Shown here piece after piece: positions 24,860-38,449 of a stretch of 64,000 bases of DNA. Each line of letters opens with the position of its first letter. Position 1 is the stretch's first letter. Source of the DNA: Perna viridis. Lineage: Eukaryota. The translations under genes were made by a program, and so were the position numbers. The notes under the pieces are model-generated. The model did not search any database. It was not told where the DNA came from and saw only the letters and a list, made by a program, of their open reading frames with translations. Where the stretch lies: assembly GCA_037379345.1 (NCBI GenBank), contig CM074513.1, forward strand, positions 44,247,195 through 44,311,194, read 5' to 3'.

Positions 24860-26469
24860 AGCTTTTAATTTCTGCTTTTTTATAATTTACAAAAACGTAT
24901 AGCAATTTGTAGAAAAATAGTAATAAAACATATTTTGATTTCTATCTTGCTTTTGTTTTACGGCTTCACAACTTAAAAAGTAACAAACTGTAATTGCGTC
25001 ATGCATCATAATTTAGATATTGGATTCCCGGCAGACTATTTGATTCTTCGGACCATTGTATAAACTTAAAGTTGATACGGTGCGGTAACTGAAATAGACA
25101 GACTCGGCCTTATGTTTTACGATGTATAAATAAAGATGAAAACGATAAACGATGCTTATGTGATATTACGCAATTTGTTATCTGTTTCGTTTCTTCTGAG
25201 ATTTCAACCTTCAGACATTTCTTGTGAGACGAAGCAAAACATGCCATAATTCATCATCAACTACGTTATTTATCATACAGGTATATATACATACTTTCCT
25301 ACGTCTTTATCAATTTTCGTCAGTTTCCATCAAATGGTAAATGCCTTTCGTTACATCATTAAGGAGGATGCGTGAATGGCGATGATTCCTGACGGAGTTC
25401 GACTATACAGCTGCACATTGGTATGCTTGTCTCATACAGAGATGTACCGATAATTGGACAACTACTTCTAACCTGTCTATCTGTTGGTCACGCTTTGATT
25501 AAACTTTTAATTACCAATTCCATCAGAACTTTTCTATCAGAAGAAGACGTCTAACAGTTCAGACATTTGCTGTTCTCATTACTGCTTCATTCTGTTATCC
25601 CAACCCGGAAGACTATGTTGTAATGTTGCCAAGAGCCTGTTAGATAATATCATCACAAGATATGGTGGCTCGTACAAAATAATAACAATGATATATACTT
25701 CATCATAAAAAGAACAATGATTACATAAGCCTTCATATAAGACAGATTATGAATGAGGTGTGCAAACGATGCTGTTGACAGACAAGACTATTTGCATAAA
25801 TATAACTCGAGCATCACATACCCACAGCCAAACATCACACCTGCACCTCATAATTGTGACTTCTGTAAAATAATTGTTTGTCTCTCAGTCTCATTAATCA
25901 GATATTATATCACTGCAGAGTATCATTGTGTTGTAAGACAGTCTTGCCTCCAACATTGATATCTGAGTTACGAGATATTCTTTCACTAATTATTCTTTCA
26001 CTTATTAAATTAGTAGTAAATCTTTAAAAAAAATCTCAATTTTCATCAACAAAATTACTACTGCAGTCATAGGAGCTCTATATCAAATTCATAGAAAGCA
26101 GTAAATAACTAATCTGTAATTAAAGTTAACAAGATTTTTTATCAGTGTAACATCCACTGACTATAAATTAGACAATATGAGAAACTCAGATACCGACTAA
26201 AAATGTATGCGGAAACCACTTAGGTCAGTCTCAATCTCGTCTTTTTTTTCTAGAAATATCCACTGAGATATTATCTAATGCTAAAAATCTTAGGGTGTGG
26301 TCATATGCTGTAATAAAAGTCAATTATAAACTTCAGTCTACTATTGTGTGTATATCTTCCGTCGCTACTTTTTTCCCTAGACCTTGCGTGAACAACTTCT
26401 GTATTTCGTTTTCACTTTCAGATTATTTTATGTTGCTGGAGTATATAAAACAACTATTTTACTGTATCT

Positions 26470-26590
26470 TTGATGGTTGTCTCGTCGTTCATGAAAGACC
26501 CATGGGTGACATTGTGCTGACATTTTTTATCCCGGCGGGGTTGTTATCTCTTTGACATATTCACCATTCTACTCTCCCTATATTCTATGT
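26470..26590 (+). repeat. Fragment of an interspersed bivalve-type repeat (probably the same family as 47260-47500)
   Basis: GGGTTGTTATCTCTTTGACATATTCACCATT resembles the recalled 3' end of an abundant mytilid-type non-autonomous element; not verified. Confidence 0.35.
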
Positions 26591-28554
26591 ATATTTTCGT
26601 TTGGTTTCTTTGTGTTGCCTTTTTGTTTCTATTTGTTTTTTCTTTGCCCCCTTTTTTATGTAAAATTTTGTTTTTCATAAAAAAAAATCACCAGAAGGCA
26701 TTTGGTACAGTTTGTTAAAAATTATCTTTATCAGTATATACTTTATACTGGATATGAAATTCACTATTCCTTATCCTATTTCAATCTCAGGTATATGGTC
26801 TTAACATTCCATAACATTTTCTTCCTGGAGGCTAACATTATTCCGAGAACTAACTGCACAAATACAATTAGAAGAAAGTATGAAATCTGAACTAATCATC
26901 TAGAACACCCACGGACGCTCATTTTCGCTTTAAAATTAATCTTAATAGAATTAATCAATACAATCTGCAGGGGATAAAAATGAAATGTTTTCTATCAATA
27001 AAAATGTAGTATTGAATGCTCGACAGTTCAGATTGAAGGCAGATAGTATACTTGTGTTGACACTTGAGTTTAAATACATGTGACAAAAATGAGGTTAGGC
27101 TTAATTAAATAGAAAAAACCTGACAAAACAGCTGTAATTGGGATCTGGAATAATATTTGTGGAGAACTGAAATGCATTAAATGAAATTGATATTAAAGTT
27201 GAGAGCTGAAAGCTATTAAAATGAACGCTGAGCTTAAAACATCATAAATCATGAGGCAAATTGGGTATAATTGAATGGATTACGAGTTATTATTGTAAAT
27301 TTATAAATAAAAGGAATTCAACATATACCAATGATATGACCCAGTGTGAAAGTGAAATTTCGAACGAAAGAAATGAGACGCTTTCGATAATTATATTGGG
27401 TCAAATATTTGGACTTTGCGGTGCGTTATTGAATAGAAAGCATTTTTAACTCTAATACCAGTCCTGCGGTATCTAGTAAATTTATCGTCTCCCGTGATTT
27501 AGGTTGAAAAACAAGATTTCAAAACATGTCCTTGGTCATGTAACTAGCTCCGCGAAGTAAGGTTATACTTAGCCGATGCGTCCAGACGTACACGAAAATT
27601 CAGCGTGTGGAGAATTTCATAACATGTCAGGTGTGGCAGATTATTTAGATGAACAATATATCATATCTTCATGCAAATAAATATCATTAATTAAATGTGC
27701 CAGACGTATACGTCTAGGAATGCCATCGGTTTCTTCCTTCATTTTTAATTTTAGTAGATTTAGTAGTATCTATATCATCCGATGATAAAAGCACTATACT
27801 CTGTGTCCACATGATTTCATATAAATATTTAGTTTTATGAGAGAACAAAAAACAAAACCAAAAAAAAAAAAAAAACAATTATGAAAAAATATTTCCGGTT
27901 CAGCAATTTTTTCTACTGTAATTTGCAACAATATCGAAGTATTTAAGGTATTACAGTCGAAAGCAAGAAGAAAGTTTAAAAACAACTAAATATTATTCTT
28001 TCTTCATTACCGAATCTTTAAATGAGCGTATTTTCTAACCCTACAGCGATGTTTTATGGACAACTACAACAGCTTTATCATGCATATTTAATTAACAAAA
28101 ACACTTGAATATTTGGATTTATGATAATGATAAACGCTATGAACATGCTCTGAGAATTACCATCTATTCGTTATTCGTCTAAACTGCGAAACATATAACA
28201 AGTTAATTAAGAAGATGGTTTGATGTCAGGCAGGACACAAAGCATCTTTCAAAACATACATTAATTGCTGATATTTAGATACTAACTCTTTACCAAAAAG
28301 AAAACTAAAAAAAGCAAGAGCCTATAGCGAAAAAGAAGTGATGTATACAAGTCATGAAATGGCTTGCAACTTGTGCAATCCATTAATCACAATTTTGATT
28401 CAATAGTTTTTCCTCCAAAGTTACTTCTAAACTTTAAGACTAACAACTTTGAAAGATAAACAAGAATAACTAATCGAATGAATAACAAACCAATACGTCT
28501 ATAAATGTTCAAACTCAATTGTGCTGATCAATCACTTATAAATAGATGTCAATG

Positions 28555-28804
28555 TCAAAACCAACACTCAAGTCAAAACCGACACTCAAACCTAAATCGA
28601 CATTCAAACCTAAACTGACACTCAAGCCTAAACCGACTCTCAAGTCAAAACCGACTCTCGTCAAAACCGACACTCAAACCTAAACCGACTCTGAAGTCAA
28701 AATCGACACTCAAGCCTAAACCGACTCTCAAGTCAAAACCGACACTCAAACCTAAACCGACTCTCGAGTCAAAACCGACACTCAAGTCAAAACCGACTCT
28801 CAAA
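28555..28804 (+). repeat. 18-bp tandem repeat x14 with coding potential for (S/P)KPTLK
   Basis: Units (TCA/CCT)AAACCGAC(A/T)CTCAA(A/G); unit 6 has a 2-bp deletion. Confidence 0.95.
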
Positions 28805-29722
28805 TCGAATCCTAACTGAACATGAGTTGGACATAGATGCAGGTATGCTTGCTTCAGAAATACACACTGGTCACAACGAAAGGGATGATTCAAATGAAAA
28901 TGTAACCAGGAAGTTTAATCAGACAAACGGTTGAAAGGTAGTAGCTGTTATAAACGAACACGACAGTAACAGAAATAATTATGAAGTTTTTTCATCTTTA
29001 AGATGACAAAGAAGGTCGAAGACGAGCTCTCTCATGCAGTGCTCTTTACGTCACACACAAATTCATATCAATATCAGTAACCCAAACTTTGCGCGGGAGA
29101 AGGAATGTTCCTTATCAGAACAACAAGTGCAAGATGGTTTGCTCACCCAAATAGCAAAGAAAAAATTTAAATGTGTTAAGGGCTGGTGATACCGATAACT
29201 AATCATCCCAATTTCATCTGTTCACAAAGAGCCGGCTGATCAGACAAACATTAATGTTGAGTGTAATTTGTGAGTAAGATGTCAATGAGTGGTGGGCAAT
29301 TTATTTTGTCTATTGTCACTGTAAGACGGAGAGGTGCAAATGCCACATGAATGAAGTACACCATACACCATTACCTTGTTGTAATAAGTATAACAACAAT
29401 TATTATTTACGATTTTTCGTCAATTTATTATAATCTGTTTGATAATTAAATCATTTTCACAAATTTGCATTCTGTACTTTATATATTATGATACTAAACA
29501 ATGTCTAGAAAAAAGGTTTGTACAAGTTGCAACCAATTACATGATACATTATTTTTTTGTGCTATACACGTTGCTACAGGTTCATTAATTTTGTACATGT
29601 TGCAACTTGTACAAAATTGTAACTTGTATACAACATATATTTCAGTTATAAGTGCACTTTTTTATTCTAACCATCAGAATGTGCATTTTATCTGTTCTAG
29701 TTCCTGTTGACCCATCGGAAGT

Positions 29723-29919
29723 GTAATCATGGGAACCAAGGTCATAGCGGTAATCAAAAGAATGTAATCCAGGGACGAAGACCAGGCATGGAAAACCGAC
29801 ATACACAACAAAGAACATAAAATAACTAAAATCATACATACAAAGTAACAAAAGCAAATGAGCAACTTGGACTCCACTAAAAACTGGGAACATGGACCAG
29901 GTGGACCGGCAGGGTAAGC
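29723..29919 (-). mobile_element. Penelope-like element 3'-end fragment
   Basis: Near reverse-complement copy of 49237-49433. Confidence 0.85.
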
Positions 29920-32120
29920 AAACATTTCAAACACTACCTTGATACTACCTCAAAGCGAGGCTGCAAATTATCATTATATAATATAAACCACAAACGAAAA
30001 TTATGATTGATATATAATGCAAACTTGTTTACACTCCTTAATGTGTGAAGCTGTTTTATCAATAAATGAAATGCAAATATTTGAAAAAAATATGAAAAAT
30101 ATAATATTTATTTTTTGTTAGGTAAATTGAGCGATTTAACCATTACCACAATTAAGATACAGAGAAAACTGAGAGAGATATGATCGTATTAGTAATGCAT
30201 TTTTAATATCATTCCTTGATGTCTTACATGATTCATGTCATATCAATACAACTTTAACCGAAGGATTGGTATCATTTCTACATTAAAACTTCTATGATTT
30301 CCTTCTATTTTCTTTTACGTTAATAACTTTTACACTGCAGATTCTTTTTGTATGTGATGCGTTTGGCGTTATACTCAATGAATCAGTTGAAATTATAGTT
30401 ATTAAGGTAAATAGATGTATTTGGGTGACAGTACATTGATTTTAATATATTCAACTATATTCAAAAAGTATTCTCAGCGATGGCTGAAACATATAATAAC
30501 ACCTCGAAATATCATTTTGTGCTCTTTATAAATCAGCAACATTCAATTTGAGAGTTAACTAACTACCAATACCTTATTGAGTGGTTTTTCTCCTGGCAAA
30601 TTTGTACTCATATTTGTTCAAAATGTTTTGCAACAATTAACAAAACTTTGAATTTTAAACACCACAAAACTATTGGACAATGACATTTGGAAATATTAGT
30701 TAAAAACAAAAACAAAATTAATTGTTTGTCGCTGTTGTTGTAAACCACCAACTTCCAGTTCTAGCTATCTCCAAACATTGATTAACTTTCTAAAATTATT
30801 AAGCTAAAAAAGGATAAATATTGCCAATATAAAATTCTGAATCGAAGCAAAACCAATAAAAATATAAAGGATAAATGCTTACAGATAGTAAATTGTAGAC
30901 TCAAACTTAATGGACCGATTGAAATATCTATATCAAAACTTCAGTTTTCAACAGACGCTTGTTTCATGACACCTCGTTGTCTAGATGATATCTCTTTGCA
31001 GTACAGCAATTTATTTCAATTTTATTGTCAATATGCTTTTAAGACATTTTTGCTTATAATGTGTTAAATGTAAATCTAGATATAAACTTTCTTCCCATAT
31101 GTATAATTGTTTTTTATTGTCAAATAATAAGTTAAACCCTGAGTTGTTCGAATGTCTGCCATACCACAAAGTATTGTACTTTAGATAACCGTACAAAGTT
31201 TGTTTTGAATAAACATGAATCTTAGATGCTCACATAAAGTCACGAAGATTAGGTATACAAAAATGAAATGGATCGAATCAATGATTCTACGAATTTACAA
31301 AAGTATTAACTTTATTCAGCACCTACCGTCTATGGTTTTGTTCCGATTCCATCGAATAAGAAACAACTTTTTCATTTTTACGAAGATTGGTTGGTAGGAT
31401 ATGGACGATTCTTAAAGAGTATTGAGAATAGAAATGAAACCAAATGACAAATATAGTATATCAACTAAAACAATACACAGAAATGCTCCTGTTCCTTCCG
31501 AAAGTTTAAGGGACTTCTAATTATATAGAAATAACCGTTTAGAAGAAAGTCATAACCGTTGGATGAATATGTATTGATTCAACATTTATATTAACTATTT
31601 CATCATTTTAACCGCATTATTTTGATTTCTTAAATGAAATTAAATAAGTATATGTTTTATTTAAGAACATATCTAGACACTGGTCGAACTAAATTATAAA
31701 AAAAAATGATATTAAAGGGTTGAATTAAAAATAGTTCATTTTTATGACTAAAATGTACGATAAGATCGAGCGCTGAAACTGGTACATTAAAAGCTGCGCA
31801 ATCTATTACATTCGGAATACCACGAATTCACATCAGGTTCAGTGAAACCACTTTAAGGATAACAATGAAAACTATTTTAATTTAAAGTCAAATATCAAAT
31901 GAAATAACAAAGAACAAACAAATCTTATCACAGAAAACCAAACCTACATATCTTAAGTTATGGGGAGCACTTGTCCTGTATGTGTGTGTGTTTTTTGTTT
32001 TTTTTTGCTTCAAAAATACCTTTTATTTGTTATAATACCACATAAATGACTATTTCAAAGATATACATGATGTCTACAAATTCCTTTAAGAAATGAAAAA
32101 GAGTGTATAAATAATTAATA

Positions 32121-32150
32121 ACTAGACCCCGATTTATGCATGGGTACAAA
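32121..32150 (-). mobile_element. Possible Helitron 3' terminus
   Basis: Minus strand imperfect ACCC...GGGT hairpin followed by CTAG and T. Confidence 0.25.
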
Positions 32151-32378
32151 GTTACTACACTTGGTCAATGTTCTTCATTGATTTAGATTCTTATTTGAAT
32201 TTTATAGTTCTTTTTTAGCGAAAAGGTTGCAAAGAGTAGTATTCTCAAATGCTGTAAACGAAAAGAAAAGAGTACTTTTTATTACAGTTTGCAAATCATG
32301 TGACATCTTTACGCTACGGTGAAAAAAAAACACAATCTAGTGTTGTCGGCATATCAAACGTAAATGTCAGAGTTCAAA

Positions 32379-32530
32379 CAATGGACATTATGGAACAAAT
32401 ACTAGACCTAAAAATTAGAAAGACCAAAACATTGGACATTATGGAACAAATACTAGACCTAAAAATTAGAAAGACCAAAACAATGGACATTATGGAACAA
32501 ATACTAGACTTAATGATTAGACCAAAACAA
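32379..32530. repeat. 51-bp tandem repeat x3
   Basis: CA(A/T)TGGACATTATGGAACAAATACTAGACCTAAAAATTAGAAAGACCAAAA repeated; third copy diverged. Confidence 0.9.
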
Positions 32531-34006
32531 ATATCAACAACAACAAAACTATTGAATACAAACTTCTTTTGAAAGACATTCAGCTGTTTGCTATCGTGGT
32601 GGCAAAGGGTCATTATTTCATATTTTCCTCTAGGTATACGTTTCAAACTGGATAAAAATAGCAATTTATTAAAAAAGATGTATTTAGTTCACATACCACT
32701 CTGTGGTATTGTGATGACACCCTTTTTTTAATTTATAATGAGCACTGACTGTAACTGTTGTTAATCTTTATATACTAGTCTGTAGATATGGACATAAGCA
32801 ATTACATTAATAGACAAATGTGTTATCTATCGAAATGATCTTTGTTAATACGGAAATGACACGGAGAATGAACAGAAATTATCATCCCTTTCATAGCTAA
32901 ATGTATTAACCTCAATTCGTATTAGAAAAAAACACAAACTTAATTTAAGTTACGGAAGATGCATTGGTCTTTTTATGAAGCATCATTCCACAGAGTCATT
33001 GCATAGTTGTGTTGAAATATTTTGTTTAGATTTTATTATAAAATATCAAACGTACATTTCAGACAGGGGAAAGGAAATATCCTTTTATAACAGGATTGTA
33101 TATTCAAATTTTGTCTGAAGCTAAATTATAGAATCGCACTTGTCACAATTCATTCATATAGGGACATATTTTACTGCCTTTAGTTACCAAACATGTATGA
33201 AAAAAATTCTATGTCGATCTGATTTGAACATAAAAAATGAATAACATTAATGAAACATCGCAAAAAACCCATTTACACTTAGCTTTTTATAACAATAAGT
33301 TTACATTTTTAAGTTGTGGTGATAAATGCAGTCCGACAAATGCAAACTATCGTCTAGTTTTATATGGTATTTTTATTGTTCATGAAGCATAAATATTTGT
33401 CCACAAAAAGAAAAATAACTTTGATTGAGACATAGAAACAATCAAAATATAGCTTAAGGGGTAAGTTTTTGGTCGAACATGTATAAAGTTGTATGTTGTG
33501 AACGAAATATGGAACTAGATCTATTTTCATGCATGGCAGACTGATTTTTCATCCTTGTTCTAATAGTTTTTAATTATTTTTTAATTAATAGTGGACAAAT
33601 TTCATAACATATTTTTGATCAAAAACGTGCCGATTACGACCAGCCGGATATTTATTTGATTGCACGAATAACCCTCTGTTATCAACATGATACTATAAGC
33701 TGCGTGATATTACATTATATGATTTTAACGACATTCAATAGGATAAAAATAATGTGCAAGCATGCAGCAAATAAGAAATTTGATGGAAATATTTGGCAGT
33801 TAAAAGACAACAAATAACGATAAAGCAATCACTTAATTTGCCGAACAAAATTATATTATGATAAGTGATAAGAGAGACTGTCTATATCTATATATCAAGA
33901 CATCCGTTTGTACAAATTTAGGAGATATTATAGACCATTCTTGCACTTGTAGTTTTGACATCCAACCATATTTTCTTTAGATAAATGAAAATTTTCTCCC
34001 AAAGTA

Positions 34007-34243
34007 ATGAGCATCTTGGACTCTACTAAAAGCTGGGAGTATGGACGAGGTACAACGGTAGGGTAAACTCCCTCTGCTTTTCTAGAAACACCCGCCGCAG
34101 AGTAGAGGAAAGAGGAAAGAAAAACTGTGACACGTTAAGCAAATCAGTTTTCATGACGCAGATGGATACACCATGAGTTCATGATGACGACCATTAAACT
34201 ATTGTAGTGATGACTTCAATCTTGTAGCAACATAACCCTGTTA
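34007..34243 (-). mobile_element. Penelope-like RT C-terminus plus 3' UTR fragment
   Basis: Minus strand QGYVATRLKSSLQ*FNGRHHEL, followed by the GGCGGGTGTTTCTAGAAAAG...TTACCCTACC tract also seen at 49209-49248. Confidence 0.75.
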
Positions 34244-34247
34244 TGTA

Positions 34248-34767
34248 TGATTGATTGATTGATTGTTGGAGTTTCACGCCCGAGCAGCTATATTTCAGCT
34301 GTATTCAGGCGATGAACATGAAATGGATGATACAATGAACATGAATGATGATGAAATGAAACAAGGGTTGGGACACAAGGATAATAGGGCCGACAAACTT
34401 TGATTGCCAAAAGAAAGAGGGGGATGGGTAGGGTCGGGCAATTTAGCCTCCTGCGGCGGAGCGCAAACGTTCCTACTTCTATCGAATACCACAGCAGGAT
34501 TCTATAACATGCGAGGAACTTGGCATCTTTCCCAACACGGTGCACCACTGTGGTTTGCGGTCTGGTTTTCCGTATTATAGCTAGACAACCCCAGCTTGTA
34601 ACACGCCAGGGGTACTCCATTCCACCACCTGGGGCCCACATCCCGGTTGCTCGGTTGGCAGAGCGCCTAACCCCCGGCTAGGTTCCTGAGCACTATTTAG
34701 TCGCCTTTTACGACAAGCTTAGCGCTACTGCAGGCCTATTTTTTTGACATCAAGACCTGCACGGGGC
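34248..34767 (-). mobile_element. SINE-like retroposon with (ATCA)n tail and structured GC-rich head
   Basis: 520-bp GC-rich island; minus-strand 3' end ...GGGCGTGAAACTCCAACAATCAATCAATCAATCA; head GCCCCGTGCAGGTC...GCTTGTCGTAAAAGGCGACTAAA. Confidence 0.7.
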
Positions 34768-37700
34768 AAAAAATAAGAGGAGCTAAATACAATTAAGTCA
34801 ACAAAACGCCACTTTAAAATAAGTCTTGTAGGAAGTGTGCGTCAAGTTCACGATGAAAGTAATATGATGCAACAAAAAATATAGAAAATAAGCTTTCGAC
34901 ACTATGAAAATCAGAATATTTCTTAATAAGATCTGGACATCGGAAATAAAAAAAATTAGGCAGATCTAGAGACATATTTTTACAACCGTGGTCCACATTT
35001 CTGTCTATCGTGGAAAAAAGGGGAGGACAATTGTAAAAGAATGGGATACTTACATTATATTTCTAAAAAGTGTAAATCAAAATGTGTGAAGTTAATATTG
35101 GAGACCAACTTTTTGCACCTCTTTTCTACTTCTATTAAATAGTATAACTGTAATAAAAAGGAACTTTATTAACGTTAGACTTTCCTTTCATATTATAGGA
35201 CATCTTTACAGAAATACATGTTTAGAACAATGGTAATGACTTTTGCTGTATTATTTACGTCTGACTATTTTGGCTTTGAAAGTTAGAAAATTAAAGAAAT
35301 ACATTTATTCGAAGTATAGTTGTCTTTCGTAATAATCTATCTGTTTATTTAGCATATTTGAGATAACTATCATATACTGGAATTAAAAAACACTTATTCC
35401 ATTACATTTAATCAGTAAATAACATGTAGCATTGGCAACAAGTAACTGTAAAATTAAACTTAAATTCAAGACTTTAAGAAAAAATGTCTGCTTAATTGTA
35501 ATAAAAGATTAAGACAGAAAGACACTGTCAATTCTGCAAAACAGAAAAAAAATAATAATTTGAAGGAAAAGGAACACATGTGCCATGATTATGTGTAAGA
35601 AATGCAAAAATCAATCCTCAGGTGCAAATTAAGTCAAATTCCATGGAACTAAAGATTCGACATCTTCATGAAGATTGATAATAGTTTTTTATAACTAGGA
35701 TTTTACGATTTGCGTACTTGTAACATTAGGATCTATACTGCTGTCAGAGATGTCGAATGTGCTGTTATGTGTATGTTCGACATAAGTCTCTGAGACCCAC
35801 AAAAAGCATGAAGTAAAACTCCCCGAGAGCTGGAACGGGTGCCTTGTCATCAGGCTGGAATTGGAAACTTGTCATCAAAACAAATCAGGACGACCTTCTA
35901 AAATTGACCAAGAAATAAATTCACATGAAAACGTTGAAAATCTAATTTTTAAATAGCTAAGGGACAAACTGAAAGATCAATCGAAAGCTTCCCTTGATCT
36001 AGTTGAAGATGATATCGGGATGATAGTCCTATATCATTGTGAGTAGATTTTAACAAAGTTCTCAAGGTGTCAAAAACATCGAGTGAAAGGTAAGAATCTC
36101 AGATGTTGTAACAATGATGATATAGAATTAAGCAGTTACTGAAACGGTAAAAGGTTTTTGTGTGTGTATCAAAGAGATAATCGTCTAAAAGTATCAACTT
36201 GTAAACCCGTATCATCCAACAGCAGTCTATTATACTAAATACAATGAAAATATCATCGGCAGAATAAGTAGAAATTGAAAATCGACAGCATGTAGATGAG
36301 TTAGACAATATGTAATATTTTTAGGGAGCGAACCTGTAAAACCAGAACCGTAAACTGACTGTATTTCTATGGCATATTACACAGATACGTATACTGTGGA
36401 AGAAGCGAGTCTTTAAGAGACGATACTGATGTTTTAGAGTATACTCTGGTCATTATATTTCTTATAAAGAAAAAAAAAAGACATTGGTATACCTAAGATA
36501 ATGTATTTATGGTCGATACAATACCAAATACATTTACCAAATGATACCAATATCAATCTCACGAAAATCATCGGTAAAATTGATATCAAATACTGATCTA
36601 CCCTGGGAATGATGTACTTGGATTGTAATGCCGCGTATTGATGCTCAGAACTTTAGTATAAACAAAATTCAAAGCTTCTATATATATTTATTTTTTCGAG
36701 GTTTGGCCCTTATTGCATTATTTTCTAATATCCATTGCGTAAGCGGTGGCCTAGTCACTGTGTAATTAATAGACACTCGCCTTACGGCGAGGTCAAGCGC
36801 ATTTCCAATATGCTCAACGTGTTATTGGAAATGGGAAATGTTTCAAGATTTTATTTACAATGTCTGTGTTTTTCTATTACGATTGTGATCAATTGTGTTA
36901 CGATTCATTTGTTTTTACATGCAATTTATTTGGTGGATGCTTGACATTTTTTTTGTATTGATTTTTTGTTTTTTTGTTTTTGTTTTTGTTGGTTTTTTAT
37001 ATTGTTTTGTTTTTGTTTTTGTTGGTTTTTTATATTGTTTTGTTTTTCTTTTTGTTTTTTTCTATGCGTATTTTTCTTTTACATTTTAAAGTGTGTCAAG
37101 TGTGTCATGACGTTGGATTATTGTGTGTCAAAACGTAAAGTTGAAAGATTGCGCCACATATCTTGCAACTAAAACTTATTTCCTTTTACAATTTTATATA
37201 TTTGAAAGAATCTACTACAGAAACCGCCCGTAATGAGCAAATGCATGCTAAGAGGAACCTTTCTTTTACAAGCAGATGTTTCTATTCGAAAAATCTGCAA
37301 ATTGCTAAAATATGCTAAAATATGTTAAAGGAGTTATATAGAAATAATAAACTGTCTAAAGGTAGTTTGCATTTCAAAAATACTTGAATATATGAATTTT
37401 CTTTCCAAAATTACCTTTGATAACGATTGATATATAGCAATAGAATGTGTCAGGTAGTTATCGAGATACATTTGAAACTTTCTTGTATGTACATCTTTTA
37501 GTGTTGCACATAAAACTTCATTAGAAAAATCTGCATTATCACATAAATGTCTCCTGCATTTTACAAGACAATCTAACTTTCCACTGATGATGTTGTTTCC
37601 ATATTAAATTGATTACAATTGTGACAGGGTTTCTTTTTACCTTTATGGACTAGTATGTCATAAACAGCAACCCTATCGAACACTCGTTTCATTATTTAAT

Positions 37701-38449
37701 TTGGAGAGGTGTGAAGTAAATATTGACTACTTTATAGTGAGATATTTTTCTCTTGTAAATATTAACGTTTCTTGTTGTGATCTTTTAATTGTCGATAAAA
37801 TGAAGGTTTCTCCTTAATTTACATAAAAAAGAAACCCATTCGTGTATATTTTGAGGATTCAATGTTACATTTTTACCCCTACTGAAGTGCCAAAATATTA
37901 AATTTGACTCTCATAATATCTTACAAGGCCAAGATTATTACCGTCTATGTAATGTTTTGTGGTGTTGTTTTTTCTTTTGTGTGTGTATTCTGTGTTTTCG
38001 TTTTATTTGTATTTTTGTTATTGTTTCGTTTTTTTTTTTGGTTTTTTTTTGGTTTTTTTTTTTTTTTTTTGGGGGGGGGTTGTGTTTGTGGGTGTGTGCT
38101 TTATGTTTTACGTGAAATTGTGAAATTTTAAAACAAAGTGTTTTTCTTTAAAATGAATCCTCTAACTACTAAGCAAAAAATACAAATTTAAAAGATATAC
38201 TTTAAAGAGCAGAATATTTAGATTCTAAATACAGGTAGAAAACATTGTTTATATATAAAAAAAAGTTTAAAAGTCATTGTACTTTCATTTTCATTATGCT
38301 TAATGGTTAGAGAAACACCGTGGTAATCACAATAACGTCGACTAGAATACTTTAAAGGATACAGTTAAGCTTCATAAAACAAACAAACAAAACAAAAAAA
38401 AAGTGAAGAGGGAAGATGATCTTGTGAATTTGTTCACCATTTGATCAAC

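Noticed and set aside
28555-28804. CRISPR-like array (also considered for 32379-32530 and 5394-5507)
   Set aside because: Head-to-tail repeats without unique spacers, no cas genes, eukaryotic context.
34641-34690. tRNA gene from the D-arm-like GCTCGGTTGGCAGAGC on the plus strand
   Set aside because: No anticodon arm, T-arm/B box or acceptor stem; it is antisense to the SINE tail.
34560-34730. Pistol or twister ribozyme in the SINE head (TAAATAG; GTTACAAGC)
   Set aside because: The required pseudoknot pairings, motif order and cleavage-site residues could not be assembled.
36895-38131. Phe/Val/Cys-rich ORFs
   Set aside because: Artefacts of T-rich low-complexity tracts.
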